DNA from: Fistulifera solaris | Taxonomy: Eukaryota | Direction of reading: 5' to 3' | DNA length: 64,000 bases | Assembly: GCA_030295235.1 (NCBI GenBank) | Contig: AP026132.1 | Span: forward strand, 434,001 to 498,000 | Part shown: positions 45,762 to 58,670 of the stretch, piece after piece | Layout of the letters: every line of letters starts with the position of its first letter | Position numbering within the stretch: position 1 is the first letter of the stretch | Translations under genes and position numbers: made by a program | The notes under the pieces: generated by a model | Told to the model about the DNA's origin: nothing | Databases searched by the model: none | Seen by the model: the letters and a program-made list of their open reading frames with translations, nothing else

Positions 45762-47156
45762 TCACAACAGAGAAAAGGAACATACAGATTCACCTTCCTC
45801 CGATTGCAACACAATGTCACCGTCCACATAATCCATCTGATGGACTGTTTCTTTTGAACATCGCTTCCAGCCCGCTAGAAATCGTTTCCACAACGGACTG
45901 TCGTCCAACATTTGGGCACCTTGCAAGGCCACCGTCATAAACGGCACCGGTTCGTCGGCAACAGTATCACGACGTTTCCATTCCAAATATTCGGCCTGAT
46001 CCAACCACACTTTAGTGAAACGATCCGTCAATGTTACCGAATGACCCGCCAGTCGCGATATCTTCAACGACACGACGTCTCCCAGTGTTTCCCGCGTCAA
46101 AGGTTGAAAGGGAATCACCGCATCCCATTCGTTTGGTAGGTCACGCTGCAAATCGTCCCACAAGGCCCTGTTTGCGAAATGAAATTGATCTTGTCGCAAC
46201 GCCCGGGCAATCGCGGAGCGACCGATTGTGGGACTGCAAACGATCACAATCGTACGAGACGTCCACGCGTCTTCCGCCCGGAGCAATGACAGTAGGTCCG
46301 TGTCTTCCACGTCTTGGATCAAAATCATGGCACCCGATGGATAGTATTGGGCGTGTTGTGTCATTTGGTGCCAGTCCTGGATCGGGGCTCTCGCTCGAAA
46401 CAGGCGTCGTTCGCGATCGACACAATCCCCGAACAATTCTTCGGCAATGGCTTGCGCCAACGTCGTTTGACCCGTATGCGGAAACCCCGTCAGCAACAAA
46501 AAGAGTGGTTTCGTGCGCGACCATGTTGCGATCGTATCGACGACCATTTCGACGGCGAGCGGTTGTCCTGTCACGGGCACCAGGGATGTCAAGGGACGGA
46601 AACGACATTGCGATTCGTGATATCGTTCGTACGTCAACTGTAAATCCATTGCAGCAGTAGAAACGATCCATTGCGAAACGTGGAGTGGAACTTGTATGGT
46701 CAAGACGGTCAACGATTGCCCGAGTTGGAAGAAATGATGGGTCAAAAATTCCGTCCAAGTCGTTGATATTGTCGTATCATCAAATGCCGGAGGAGCCGGC
46801 GGTAAATAGCGTTGCAACAAATAACTCAAGAGAATAACAAATAGAGAGACATTTCTCAGTGTGTTGAGGAATGATTTCGGTCGAGACGAATGAGGGACAA
46901 TCACGGCCGATGGGTCGGACTCGTCGTTTCGTCGTTCGTCACTCTTCACAATTAACGCCCCTTCTTCGCCCGGATTTGCTACAAATTCCCAACAGCAGTC
47001 GTTGTCGTCATTTAACGAAAAGCGACCCATGCGTGCTTTGAAATCATTTCGTTCGTTCGAATATGTGTTGGATGATTCGTCCTCGTTTTTGTTTTGTTTT
47101 GCGGTCCTCTCATCCGGTGGGAGGTATGGGAGGACGAGAATCTGCAGTGGGTTCAT
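45762..47156 (-). CDS. Membrane-anchored, degenerate Torsin/ClpB-like AAA+ protein
   Basis: TM segment; VTGQPLAV, LFLLLTGFPHTGQTTLA (Walker A with K to Q), ILIQDVE, VIPFQPL. Confidence 0.6.
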   Translation of the reverse strand: MNPLQILVLPYLPPDERTAKQNKNEDESSNTYSNERNDFKARMGRFSLNDDNDCCWEFVANPGEEGALIVKSDERRNDESDPSAVIVPHSSRPKSFLNTLRNVSLFVILLSYLLQRYLPPAPPAFDDTTISTTWTEFLTHHFFQLGQSLTVLTIQVPLHVSQWIVSTAAMDLQLTYERYHESQCRFRPLTSLVPVTGQPLAVEMVVDTIATWSRTKPLFLLLTGFPHTGQTTLAQAIAEELFGDCVDRERRLFRARAPIQDWHQMTQHAQYYPSGAMILIQDVEDTDLLSLLRAEDAWTSRTIVIVCSPTIGRSAIARALRQDQFHFANRALWDDLQRDLPNEWDAVIPFQPLTRETLGDVVSLKISRLAGHSVTLTDRFTKVWLDQAEYLEWKRRDTVADEPVPFMTVALQGAQMLDDSPLWKRFLAGWKRCSKETVHQMDYVDGDIVLQSEEGESVCSFSLL

Positions 47157-47471
47157 GTCGCATAGGGTACAATTTTTGGCTAAGTATACAATCTTATTAT
47201 CAATTTTTGTACTTGGCAATTTTTTTGAAACAGTGTTTTGAATTTTTTTAAGAAAATTTATGCATTTGTACAGTTTTGTAGAAAGATAAAAGCAAAATAG
47301 TATTCCGGAGGGTCGTAGGCGCCTTGGTTGGCGTACGTTGTGCCTTGTGCCAACAAAAAATGAAGTCCATTGCCTCTACTGTACAAGTAACATTCCGATC
47401 ATTATTTTTGCATTCGCTTTGTTCTTCGCTCTTGGTTCTTCTCTGCCCAAACAAACGAGAGCAATACACAA

Positions 47472-49093
47472 ATGTCAAAGAATAATTGTATCGATATCGA
47501 TGTATTCAAAGGGCTAACTTGCCAAGAACTGGCGCAACACGTTGTACCGGTCACGTTTGAGGGCCACGGCCCGAAAGCACTTAAAGCCAAACGACACTGT
47601 ATTCAAAATGCGATCAACTATTTCTTCCATACGTTAAACATGACTGTGGAATTAGCACCCAGACATTGGAAAACAACCAGGTTTGCGAAAATGGTCGGTG
47701 AGGAAGTCGTATCGGAGACAGAGAAAACGGTCGTTTATTGCAATCTGTCCATCACCAACAGCTGTCTTCTGTATTGCTTGCGCTGTAAACAGAAACAGAA
47801 TAAATGTACTCCCATTGCCAAATTCGTACTCAAAGAGGATAAGAGTCATGGATCTGAAACAGCCTGGTGCTATAAGGGAAACGTCATAATCGTTGGGAAG
47901 ACGCGAACTTCATGCTTTGTGCCGGAGGCTTTTGTAGGGTGCCGGTGTCTGTGGAATATGTGACACAAGGTCTCTATGCCAATGTCATTGAGCAGGGTAG
48001 AGAACTGCTGCATGCGCCCTCCGGTCATCCGATGAACCGTCTCTTCAAATACCACGAAAACGACTACCACTTGGCCATTCTGCCGGCATCCAAAACGACC
48101 CAGAAGGATTGGAAGAAGAAGAAAAAAACCCCGATCGTCGTTTTTCAAACAGATTGATTTCAATTCCCACAAAGCTGCTTTGATTCGCTTGTATTACCGT
48201 GTGTCCAATCACATTGGATTGGGGTCGATCGCGTCACCGTTTGAATACCAATACAATGACCAAATGAGGCTCATGGAGCCCGTCGTCAATCCCCAACACA
48301 CGTTGTTTCTGCAGGAAGAGTCTTTGGTGGCGGGTGGGTTTGTTCGGAACGGTGAACGCCCGGAGGTACAGCCCCGCACCCCGAACAGACATTCCATCAT
48401 CGAGATTCTGTCATCCCGGCCGGCCAGGACGCCGGGAGTTGTCACCAGCACGGTTTTACAATCATAATGCCATTGTTAGAGGCCGAACCGAAAACAATGT
48501 ATTATGGAAAATGGGGTCATGAACTGGTCATTCCTTACAACAAGGCCATGGTGGTGTGTGGAAATTTTCATTGCGGAGGTGTCATTCAACAAATCCGGGA
48601 GGGCGATCGATCCGTGTGGCCGGCCCTGTTTGTTCATTGGGACATGACCACCCGGAAGCGAAAATCCAGTCCCATTGGCAACGTTCGCTACAGTCTCTGG
48701 GCCAATAAGGAGAATGCACACAAGGAGAACAAAGATGTGGAATCCGTCAATGACGTGGAGGTTGACAGTGGAGGTGACAGCGGTAGTATTTACACTGGCA
48801 GTACTATCAGCAGTGAAGGCAAGATTCAAATTCTAGCCAAAACGGCAAAGGCAACCAAGAAAGTGTCGACCAAGAGAAAGCTGGAAGATCACAGCAATAA
48901 TGACAAGACAAAGATCCCCAAGAAATCCACTAGTTTCTCCAAGGAGGCGACCGACATCACGGTAATGTCAAACAATGCCCAGTATGGGGGTAACACGGGT
49001 GTTGCGATTGCCAAATCTGTTGCGAAGAAGGATAAAAAGGACAAGAAAGACAAGAAGAAGAAAAAGAAGAACAAGAAAGTATGGAAGGTCTAA
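47472..49093 (+). CDS. Frameshifted hypothetical protein, possible 2OG-Fe(II)/cupin-like domain, Lys-rich C-terminal tail
   Basis: Four overlapping same-strand ORFs. The frame of 48467 extends upstream to EQTFHHRD...FTIIMPL and is followed by GNFHCGG; ends KKDKKDKKDKKKKKKNKK. Confidence 0.45.
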
Positions 49094-49309
49094 GTGCCGT
49101 TTTTTAATGCAACAAGAGATAATCATTACTCGGTATTATTTATTAGCCAACTTGTTATGAACAAAAGAGGTATTTTTGTAGCGTCCCCCAAGTCCTAGCT
49201 CGTCGCGGGACTCCATGAGAACCGAAAGGACATGCGCTCGATCCGAAGCCTATCGACGATGACAAAAAAAACAAAAGCTGTTTTCATTATTTTATTCAAA
49301 ACGAAAATA

Positions 49310-50987
49310 ATGACCATGAAGACCTTATTGATTTTATTTGTGGCACCATTTCTTCTCGCGAGTCTCGCACATGCCGAAGCACCGGTATGTTCGGTCACAG
49401 ACGAGGAACACGATCCGGCCTTGCGAGAAATGATTTATAACATTGGTGGCGGAGAACAATCGACTTATGTCTATGTCGAACCCGACATTGCTTCCTTTTA
49501 TCGAGGCCAACCTCCCGCGTCGACCAAAGTCGCTCCGAAACACCGCGGTTTTTCCGCCAAATTCATCAATGCGAGCAATCGTCGTTTGGCGCTGTATTGG
49601 TACGTTCGAAAGAACAACACTGATTTCTTTCCTTCCTGACTCACACTTTATGTCGTAAGGGTCGAACCGGGCGGCAAGAAACATTTGATGCGCGAACATG
49701 CTCCCTTTACGGCATCCGGGACGGCATCCTTTCCCGGTCACACATTTGTCTTTACGCCTCCCAATCAACCGGACGAAGTCATTCATACTTTGTCGTCAAA
49801 GACTATCCCGACAATATTCAACTCTACGATCCGTATTTTGTACCCGGCGACGCCATACAAACGCAACAGAATTTAGCCACATTGAATGACGCGGAACGCC
49901 AAAAGTACCAACAATGGCGCGATACTATAAATTTTCATGAACAATATTTGGCGTTCACGGGACGATCGTATTTGGCCAATTATTTGCGAGAACCGCCCCG
50001 TCATTTTATGTGGAGAGCGGATTATTTCGGACAAGAACATTGGGTGACGACACAAGAAACGCGGTTTGTGGCAGAACCGCCGTCGGAGTTGTTGAATCCC
50101 ATTGCTGCTGGGAAAGATCGTCAGCTGGTAGAACCACTCATGAAAGAATATCGCGAACCCGGTGTCTTTAATATGACCTTGAAAACGTTATCGTGTGCTC
50201 CCCGGGCGTTTGAAATTCCGCACTTTTTATCGGACGCCGAAGTCGAACACATTCTCAAATTGGCCCAAGGCATTGATCTCAAATTGAGTTCGACCGGTGA
50301 CGTGAATGCGGGAGAAAAAGTCGTGACGGAAGATACCCGTCGGACCCGGACGTCGTTCAATTCGTGGGTCGAACGGGAACGATCGCCGATTGTCGATGCC
50401 ATCTATCGTCGGGCCGCCGATTTGTTGCGAATCGATGAATCGTTGATGCGGTATCGCGACGCGAACGAACATCCCGAATTGCCGACGCGCAAATCCGTCG
50501 CGGAAAGTTTGCAATTGGTACATTATGCGCACGCGCAGGAATATACCGGTACGTTCTGTGTTGTGTTGTGATGATAATCGTGTGGCGGATTCCATGTCTG
50601 ACACTTTATTTAAAAAAATCAGCCCACCACGACTTTGGCTTTTCCCGCATTGAAGACGACTATCAAGGCGCCCGGTTTGCCACCTTATTGTTGTATTTGA
50701 ACGAAGGCATGGTCGGTGGCGAAACGTCCTTTCCCCGTTGGGTGAACGCCGAAACCTTTTGCCCCTCAATGTGAAACCCGAAAAAGGCAAAGCCGTCTTG
50801 TTTTATTCGCAACTGCCCGATGGCAATTTGGATGATTTCAGTCATCATGCCGCCTTGCCCGTGACAGAAGGAGAAAAGGTATGTTGCAGTGAGTGTTGGC
50901 TCGCTTGAAGTATACTTGTTCTTGTTGCTCACCTTCTGTAAATAGTGGCTCATGAATTTGTGGGTATGGGATCCAATTTATGAGTAA
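49310..50987 (+). CDS. Secreted prolyl 4-hydroxylase-like 2OG-Fe(II) dioxygenase (paralog 1), multi-exon, frameshifted
   Basis: Signal peptide; LSCAPRAFEIPHFLS, RTS, ESLQLVHY, HHD, RFATLLLYLN, GGETSFP, HAALPV..GEKWLMNLW; introns ~49601-49659, ~50549-50622, ~50879-50945. Confidence 0.85.
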
Positions 50988-51303
50988 GAATGCAGTATAC
51001 CTATGAATAAGTCGAATTGTTTGGTATTACGGAGTATTCATAAACTGGAATCACCGTAGCGTCTCAAATCGTACCGGTACCCGTTGCACGTTGTTGTTTG
51101 CCTCGAGCCTCGATAGTAATTTCCGTTCGGGTACCGGACGACATTAGGAGGCCAAAAATAATAAAACCGTACTGCCAAAAATGCATTTACTCCGTATTTA
51201 TCATCACAAAAGAAAACAATGCGATGACAACAAGAACAACAATCTTTAACTCACCCAACTGACTTCTCTTCTAGAAGAGAGGATCCCACAGAGAGCGAAA
51301 CGA

Positions 51304-53958
51304 ATGATCGACAAAGACGACTATCCGACGGGTTCAACGGTAGCCTTTCCGTTCAATCCGTATCCGCAACAAGTCGCGCTCATGGATGCCTTGTTGCAGT
51401 CCCTGCAGCAGCGTGACCCTGCTACGGCTCCTTTATTTATGTTGGAAAGTCCCACCGGAACGGGCAAATCCCTCAGTTTGGCGTGTGCGGCCGTCTCGTG
51501 GTTGCGGTATCAAGAACAACAGGATCTGTTGCTGCATCCTGTGACGCAGGATGGAATTCAGGAAACAACGACCGGCATTGATTGGCTCGATGAATGGGTT
51601 CCGCAGTCGACGCGGGATCGACAGCAGGAACAAGAAAACGTCATAAAGACGGCACAAACAGCGCGTACGAAATTGCGACTACACCTTGCGGAATTGCGGC
51701 CCTTGCCACTGCAGCAACAATTACGAACGGCCGTGATTCGGGCGAAACAACAACAATCCACAAAAAAGCGTCTGCGGCCGTCTCCACCAAAACCAGAAGA
51801 AGTTAAATTAGAGTACAACTCAGAAGAAGAAGACGAAAATGACGATGCTTTTCTGAAAAAAGAGCCCGCGACATTGTCACAGGCTGCCTCGTTGTTGTAT
51901 GGACCCTACCTCGATGGCTCGTTCGCCGCCACACCTTCGGTCGCTCACGTCGTCGCAGGATCGGGTGTCCGGAAAATTATTTATGCAGCACGAACGCATT
52001 CGCAATTGACGCAATTTGTCCACGAATTGCGTCGGACGGTATGGGGATCCGACTTGCGTGTCGTGGCCTTAGGGGGTCGGAAAGCCTTGTGTGGGAATCC
52101 GCAACTCAACACGAAACCGGAAGCGGCATTGACAGAGTCGTGCTTGGATTTGCAAAAGGAACATCAACAGAAGGGAAGAAACGATCCAGTAATTGTCCGC
52201 TGTTGTCATCTCGGGATGCTGTCGAGACATTGGCCTTGCATACGTTAGTCCATCCCACCGACATTGAAGAAGCCGCACACATGGGGGCCACCGTAGAAAC
52301 GTGTGCGTATTATGCCAGTCGCGTGGCGTTGCCGGCGGCCGAAGTCGTGACCGTGCCCTATAACTTACTATTGTCGTCGTCGGTCCGCGCGGCCGTGGGT
52401 CTGTCGCTGCCACAATCGTTGGTGATCATTGATGAAGCGCACAATTTGCCGGAAGCCTTACGGGGATTGCATTCGTGTCGATTGTCGCTTCCCGTCGTGC
52501 AGACGGCGCACGTCCAATTGCGGAATTATGTGCAACGCTACGCGGACCGGTTTTCGGCACGGAACATTCAATTCTTGGGGCAACTTCGGAAAATCGTGCA
52601 AGCGTTGGAAAAACATTTGCAGGGTGAAAACAAAAAGACACGCGATGACGATAGGATGCGGACCGTGGCGGAGCTCTTGTTTGATTGGAAAGTAGCCAAT
52701 ATCAATTTGTTCAAGTTACTTCGATACATGGAGCGATCTCGTCTCTCCCAAAAGCTAATGGGTTTTCTTCCCAAACGTGAAGAAGAGACGGAAGTTCAGG
52801 AGCTCTCCAAACACGTGTCAGCCATGTCATTGGTGCAAGCTTTTATTGAAAAGTTGACACTTCCTGGTGATTCTGGAAAGATCGTGACAGATTGGCCCAA
52901 GTTGACCGTCGTCGAATCCGGCTCTCGACAGTCCACTCAACAACGCCATCCGGCACTACGATATGTCTTGCTGAAACCTTCGTATTTCTTTCAAGACCTT
53001 TTGCGCGAGGCTCATGCGGTAGCCCTCGTGGGTGGTACCATGCGCCCCTTTGCACATTTAGCGTCGGAGTTGTTAGGTCCCGATCATCCCTCCATCCTTC
53101 GACAGGCTCATACGGCGGATACGGAAATGAATTCTGCAAAGACAGTCTCTCAGCAACTTGTTTCGTCGTCGTTCACGGCCTTTTCGTGCGATCATGTGGT
53201 ACCTGACTCGAATGTCTTGTTTCAATGTTGGGGCAGTGGGCCCAACGGGGTGACTTTGGATTTTCGTCATACAGTACGAGGAAAAGAAACCGTCATTATT
53301 GAACTGGGCGAAGCTTTGATCAAGATTGTCGGAAATGTTCCCAACGGCGTTGTTGTCTTTGTTTCAAGCTACCAATATGAAGCACTATTGGTGAATCGAT
53401 GGAGAAAGACTCATGTCTGGGACAAGCTGGAACAGTTGAAACAATTACACCGTGAACCCAAACTGCAAAACCAAGTGGACTCGACGTTACTGGCTTTTTT
53501 CGCGCGATGCTGCTTCGTCCAAGGGAGCACTACTTTTTTCTGTCATTGGTGGTAAGCTTTCAGAAGGTATCAATTTTAGTAACGAAATGGCTCGCTGCGT
53601 TGTCGTCGTGGGACTCCCGTATCCGGATCTCACCGACCCCGTGCTGAAAGAAAAGATGTCATTGATGGATTCCTTTCAAATTACTGGCGGAGGATCCCCC
53701 GTCATTACAGGACAGACCTATTACCAAAATCTCTGTTTGCGTGCGGTCAACCAAACGGTCGGTCGAGCCATCCGACACGCCAACGACTTTGCCTCCATCC
53801 TCCTTCTGGATGCCCGCTACTTGACCGACCAGCGCATTCAAGAGGGTCTTCCGGGATGGTTGAAGCGGTCACCCACTTCCTTTGATGCCAAACCAGTCCA
53901 AAAGCACGTCGAGGAACTCCGAGCTTTTTTTCGAAGCAAGGGAGTCGGAGCACTATGA
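51304..53958 (+). CDS. DDX11: DDX11/Chl1 Fe-S DNA helicase; frameshifts ~52160 and ~53495
   Basis: FPFNPYPQQ, ESPTGTGKS, YAARTHSQL, CAYYASR, IDEAHN, GGTM, GGKLSEGINFS, GLPYP, NQTVGRAIRH. Confidence 0.93.
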
Positions 53959-53993
53959 TCCACATAAAGTAAGCTAATTTTATTTCATTCTTA

Positions 53994-55014
53994 TTAATTA
54001 TACATTGGATCCGAATCGGCGGTAGGCGGTTTCTTGTTGGACACATTTGATGGGCGTTGGATAGCGGGTCGCTTCTTGTCTCTGGGCGGTATCTGCGCCG
54101 TTTGCAGGGTCAGGGCGGCGGCATGACTGAGCGAGTGTAGTAAATCGGGCACCTGTGGTCGCGACGATGCTACGGCACCGAGGGATTGCTGTACAAAGAG
54201 CGCCAATTTGTCGTATTCGGCGTTCATCGAAGAAATCCGTCGATTGCATTCGTACGACAATTCGGTAATCTTGCGATTGTACTCCGATTTGACCCCCTGT
54301 AACTCTTCTCGCAAACTTAAAACTTCTTGTTTCAATGATTCGAGATCATCTTTGGAGTGTTGTTCGGCCTTGGTGGCTCGTTTAATATTCGAAAGGAGTT
54401 GCGGCTTGCCTCGCTGAAAATGTTCGTGATAGAAACGAATATAATCCGCCGTTCGTGGGTCCAGTTCCGACGTTAAAATGGCTTCAGAACGCAGCTTTCG
54501 AAAACCATAAAAATTCAGTTGACGAGCGAAGCTCGAAAAATTGGAGTGTTTAAAGTAAAGAGGAAGAACCGTCTGAAGAATCAAAACAGAATGAGCTTTA
54601 ATGTTCTTCTCTCCAACAAAGAAAAGTCATAAGTCTTCTATACTTACACAGGAAAACTTATCCACGTCTTTCACGACAAAATTGTCCCCACTTTCACTCC
54701 AGCAGGCGACATCCTGGTCGCATTTATCAATCATGTGATAGGTTTCTGCGACAAGGAAGGGTGAGTAAGCGTATGCGTCTGCCCGAAGCCCGATAACAAG
54801 CGCATAACTTACTGCTCAGAAACAAAGGCAACTGCAGTTGCTTCGGACACGATCGTTTCGATGTCTTTGTCGCTTTATCGGACGAGTCCATGGAGCCGTT
54901 CTCCCCGTTACTACCTCCGCTCGAAGCAATCAAGGAACACAACACATCGCACGTCAATTTCGTCGCCTCCATCTCAACGTAGGCATCGTTCGTCTTTTCA
55001 TTGTCTTCTGACAT
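53994..55014 (-). CDS. Heat shock transcription factor (HSF DNA-binding domain + coiled coil), 3 exons
   Basis: PLFLS|KTYHMID...WSESGDNFVVKD...|LPLYFKHSNFSSFARQLNFYGFRK, F.H..FQRG.P.LL..IKR. Confidence 0.92.
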
Positions 55015-55369
55015 ACTCAATGATTCGGGCCGTCGTTCAATGACAATAAGAACAGTCAAGAACGGATTCGATCGGGTCCAGCCAAACGACAAAACTCAAA
55101 TGCCACGATGAGACGCGAGAGAATTCCACGACGTTTCGCGTCAGATCTTCGAAGTTCTGTTTCGGAGGCTCACAGATCTTTCACGGATCGACCCACGGAC
55201 GTGTCTTTGGTGTTTGTATAGTCTAATGTGTAACCAGTCCTGTGTCTTCCGGAAGGACATACTGTACTGTAACATCAGTACTAAGAAACTCCCAGCGGTA
55301 CTGCATTATCGTGAAATGATGATGATTACAGTTTTCTTTTTATTTGTTACAAATCTCATTATTTCTCAA

Positions 55370-56648
55370 TTATTGCAAGCTCGCCACATCTTTCACGGGA
55401 TCCCAAAACCACAAATTGGCGAGCCACTTTTCCCCTTCGATGACCGGCAAGGCTTCGTGCAAGGACTTTTCGTCCATATTGCCATCGGGAGTCTGTGTAA
55501 ACAGGGTAAGTCTAAATTCCTTAGAAAAACAATCATTCAACAACATGTCGTACCTGCAAATAAAACAACACCGCCTTTCCTACTTCCGGACGCACGCGCA
55601 AATCACCACAAAGCGGAAACGCTGTTTCGCCGCCGTGTGCGACGGCATTCAAATACAGTAAGAGCGTCGCAAAGCGGGTCGGTTGTTCCGGATGCGATGG
55701 ATCGGGGTATCCGAAATCGGCATGCATCTTGTAAGCTTCCTTTTGTCGGTACCGCACCACTTGCAGTGGTTCCGTGACATCCAGAGTGTGCGGCACTTGC
55801 AACAGATTGTACGCGCGACGATACACTTCCTCGATCAGAGGCGACTCGCGACGTCCGATCCAAGTGTTGTACGAGGACCGTGTACCGTTGGCGGCAGCAT
55901 TGTCGCTCACTTGACTTTGTTGGAGTTCTTTGTGTTGCGCCAAATGCAACAAATGCTCGACTTCGGTCGACGACAAGAAATCGCGAACTTCAAAGACCCG
56001 GGGCGCACACGAAAGGACCGTCAGTGTCCAGTTTTCTACCTTGTGCTCTTGTCCCACGTATTCGGCCGGCCACATGAAATGTCGGGGCGGCAATCTTCCA
56101 TAACGTGACAAAAACGATCGTCCGGTCGCATTATAATAAAAGTCATTGTAGACAAGTGTTTTCGTCAACCACTGATAGGATTCTTCTTGTGGTTGCGTCC
56201 GCTCGGGCAATTGATAATACTGACTCATGCGATCGACGACTTTCAGAGGAATCGAAAAGACGTTACTGGCGTCGGCACGGACGCGAAATCGTTCTACGAC
56301 AACCTCGCGCAATCGGAACGAAAAGACGTGATCGACAAAGGCTGTAATACCGGCCGTCGATAACGGCCGCAACACTTTCACCAGTGACGTTTTTGTTTCT
56401 TGTTCCCAATACAGTTCGATTGGAACGGTCAATAAGTTGAAAAATTTGACATGCCGTCCGGAAAAGGAAGGTGGTGGTTGTGGTGAAGTCGAATTGTTTC
56501 GATCCAAAGGGGCTGGTTCTACATACACAAACGTTTCTTGCGGTCCGTCGCCGACATTGTATTCCATGCGATACAAATGGTTATCATTACACTCTTGTGA
56601 AAAAACACATGAAACGAATAGTAACAGAACGGATAATAAGCCTCTCAT
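55370..56648 (-). CDS. Secreted prolyl 4-hydroxylase-like 2OG-Fe(II) dioxygenase (paralog 2); intron 55493-55553
   Basis: Signal peptide; LSCAPRVFEVRDFLS, EPLQVVRY, HAD, RFATLLLYLN, GGETAFP; last exon SLHEALPVIEGEKWLANLW. Confidence 0.88.
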
Positions 56649-56979
56649 GAGAGGCGATCTCGACGACCAAAGGAAAAAATAATGTCATGTTTGAAAAAGA
56701 AAAGTGCCGTCAAATAATGTCAAAAAATCACGAGCGTTCTTGCTTTCAGTCACGAATGAGGTCTTCAGGACACTATCATCTGAAGTGTAGACAACTTTTG
56801 TCTCCAGCCCTATGTCCGAAAATCCTTCTGACTCGTACCGTTTCTATACCGTATTTCCACCTTCCACCCGCATTGAAGACAAAACGCTAGTAGACCCCTG
56901 TGGTTCCTAAATCATCATCAAAGAGCTGTGTCTTCCCTTACTTTTTTTGGTAATTCATTTTCTTTCTCCTTCTTTCATT

Positions 56980-58568
56980 ATGGTACAAGCCGAACCGCCG
57001 GTCAAGAAGCGAAAGCGCACCACGACGACCGTCAAAATTAAGACGGAACCGACAACAATGAGCAGTCTTCCGACTACGGCACCGACGCGCATTTTGGTCA
57101 TTGACAATGGCGGGGATTCGATCAAATTTGGATGGATGACGGACAAGGAACCACGTACAATGCCCAATCTAACGGCCCGATTGCCGCAACAATGGACGAT
57201 TTTGGCCGGTGATTTGGTCCAAGAAGTCCAAAATCCGACGCAATTGTTGCATCCAACGCGATCGATGGAACGTTCCTTTCCAGTGAATTTGGGCAATCAA
57301 ATCCAAGTGTGGAAACGCGTCTTGGACGTCTTGCATGTCGCTATTCCTTTAGCAACAGCACAAGTCTTTGGTTGGAAAAGAATCCCGAAGCCGTCCTGGC
57401 TCCCCAACAGTGTGCGATTCTACTCACAGTCCCACCCTTTTGTCCTCGGGTTCTGTTGGATCAAATCACCACGATTTGGATGGAGGATTTTCAATTTGCC
57501 CATGTCGGATTTGTCACAGCGTCCTTGTGTGCAGTACAGCCACATTCGACCTATCAAACGTGCTGTGTCGTTGATCTCGGATGGAGTCAAACGACCGTCG
57601 TGCCGACCTTCCAAAAGCGAATCATTCAAGAATCGGCCCTTCGGCGTATGGCGATCGGCGGACGACAGTTGCAACAGATTTGGAAATACCAAGCGAGTTA
57701 TCGACAATGGAATCTCATGGATCAAGACTTTTTACTGCAACAAATATTCGAAGAAACGGCCTTTTTGTCGTTGCAATTCAACCACGACATGAAGATCGCC
57801 CAAACGATACCCGCGGGTCGACGTCCGTACGATCGCGAGTTCGTCTTGCCGGATTATCAAACGACGTTTAAGGGACACGTCCAATTGCCGCCGTTTTTGC
57901 GGCGGGAAGCCGAACTGAAAGCCATGGGAAAGGTTTCGGAAGACGACGATGACGATAGTGAGGAAGATGATGATTTCAATGAACAAGACGCGGAAGAGGA
58001 GGACGAAGATTTTGACGCAAATCTCGAGGACGGCAACGATTCACCCGATGATGACGAAGAAGAAACGCTCGAACAGATCAAGGAACGACTTCTCGTGCAA
58101 CGCCAAGAAGAGGAACGGCGACGACGGGAAGCCGAGGCCCAGCAACAAATTCTGAACGTATCGGTCGAGTGCTTTGCCATTCCCGAAACGCTCTTTCGTC
58201 CGTCCGACGCGGGATTGCCGGCCGAGTGGGCCAATTTGCCCGAAACGATCCACCAGTCGATTGAAGCTTGTCCCGTACTCTATCGAGCCGCCTTGTATCG
58301 ATCGATTCGTTTGGTCGGTGGTTTGTCGCAATTACCCAATTTGAAAGAACGGCTCGAGCAAGAGCTGCGATGCCTGGTGGGATGTCGGTACGAAATTGAG
58401 ATTGAAACTTCCGAGACGGCGACCATAGACGCGTGGTTGGGGGCAAAGCAGTTGTCTATTGAAACACCGTTTGAAAATTGGAGTTTTAGTCGGATGGAGT
58501 GGGAACAGAGTTTCAAGAAAGGTGCTTGGGCTCGTCTACTTGCCTCTTCTGGTGGTAGGCTTGTCTAG
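56980..58568 (+). CDS. ARP6: Actin-related protein 6 (SWR1 complex); frameshift ~57345
   Basis: LVIDNGGDSIKFG, VVDLG.S.T.VVP, IGGR, SYRQWNLMDQ, EFVLPDY, IPETLFRPSDAG, acidic insert. Confidence 0.88.
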
Positions 58569-58670
58569 TTTTAAGAATCAACGTAATAGAGTGACGTTTT
58601 CCAGCTAATGGTCATGTTTATTCTATTATCAGTACTGCTACTTCCTGCTTGTAGTCGGTATTTGCCTCTA

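Noticed and set aside
55100..55260. Autoregulatory heat-shock elements upstream of HSF
   Set aside because: Only scattered GAA/TTC units; no run of three correctly spaced inverted nGAAn repeats.
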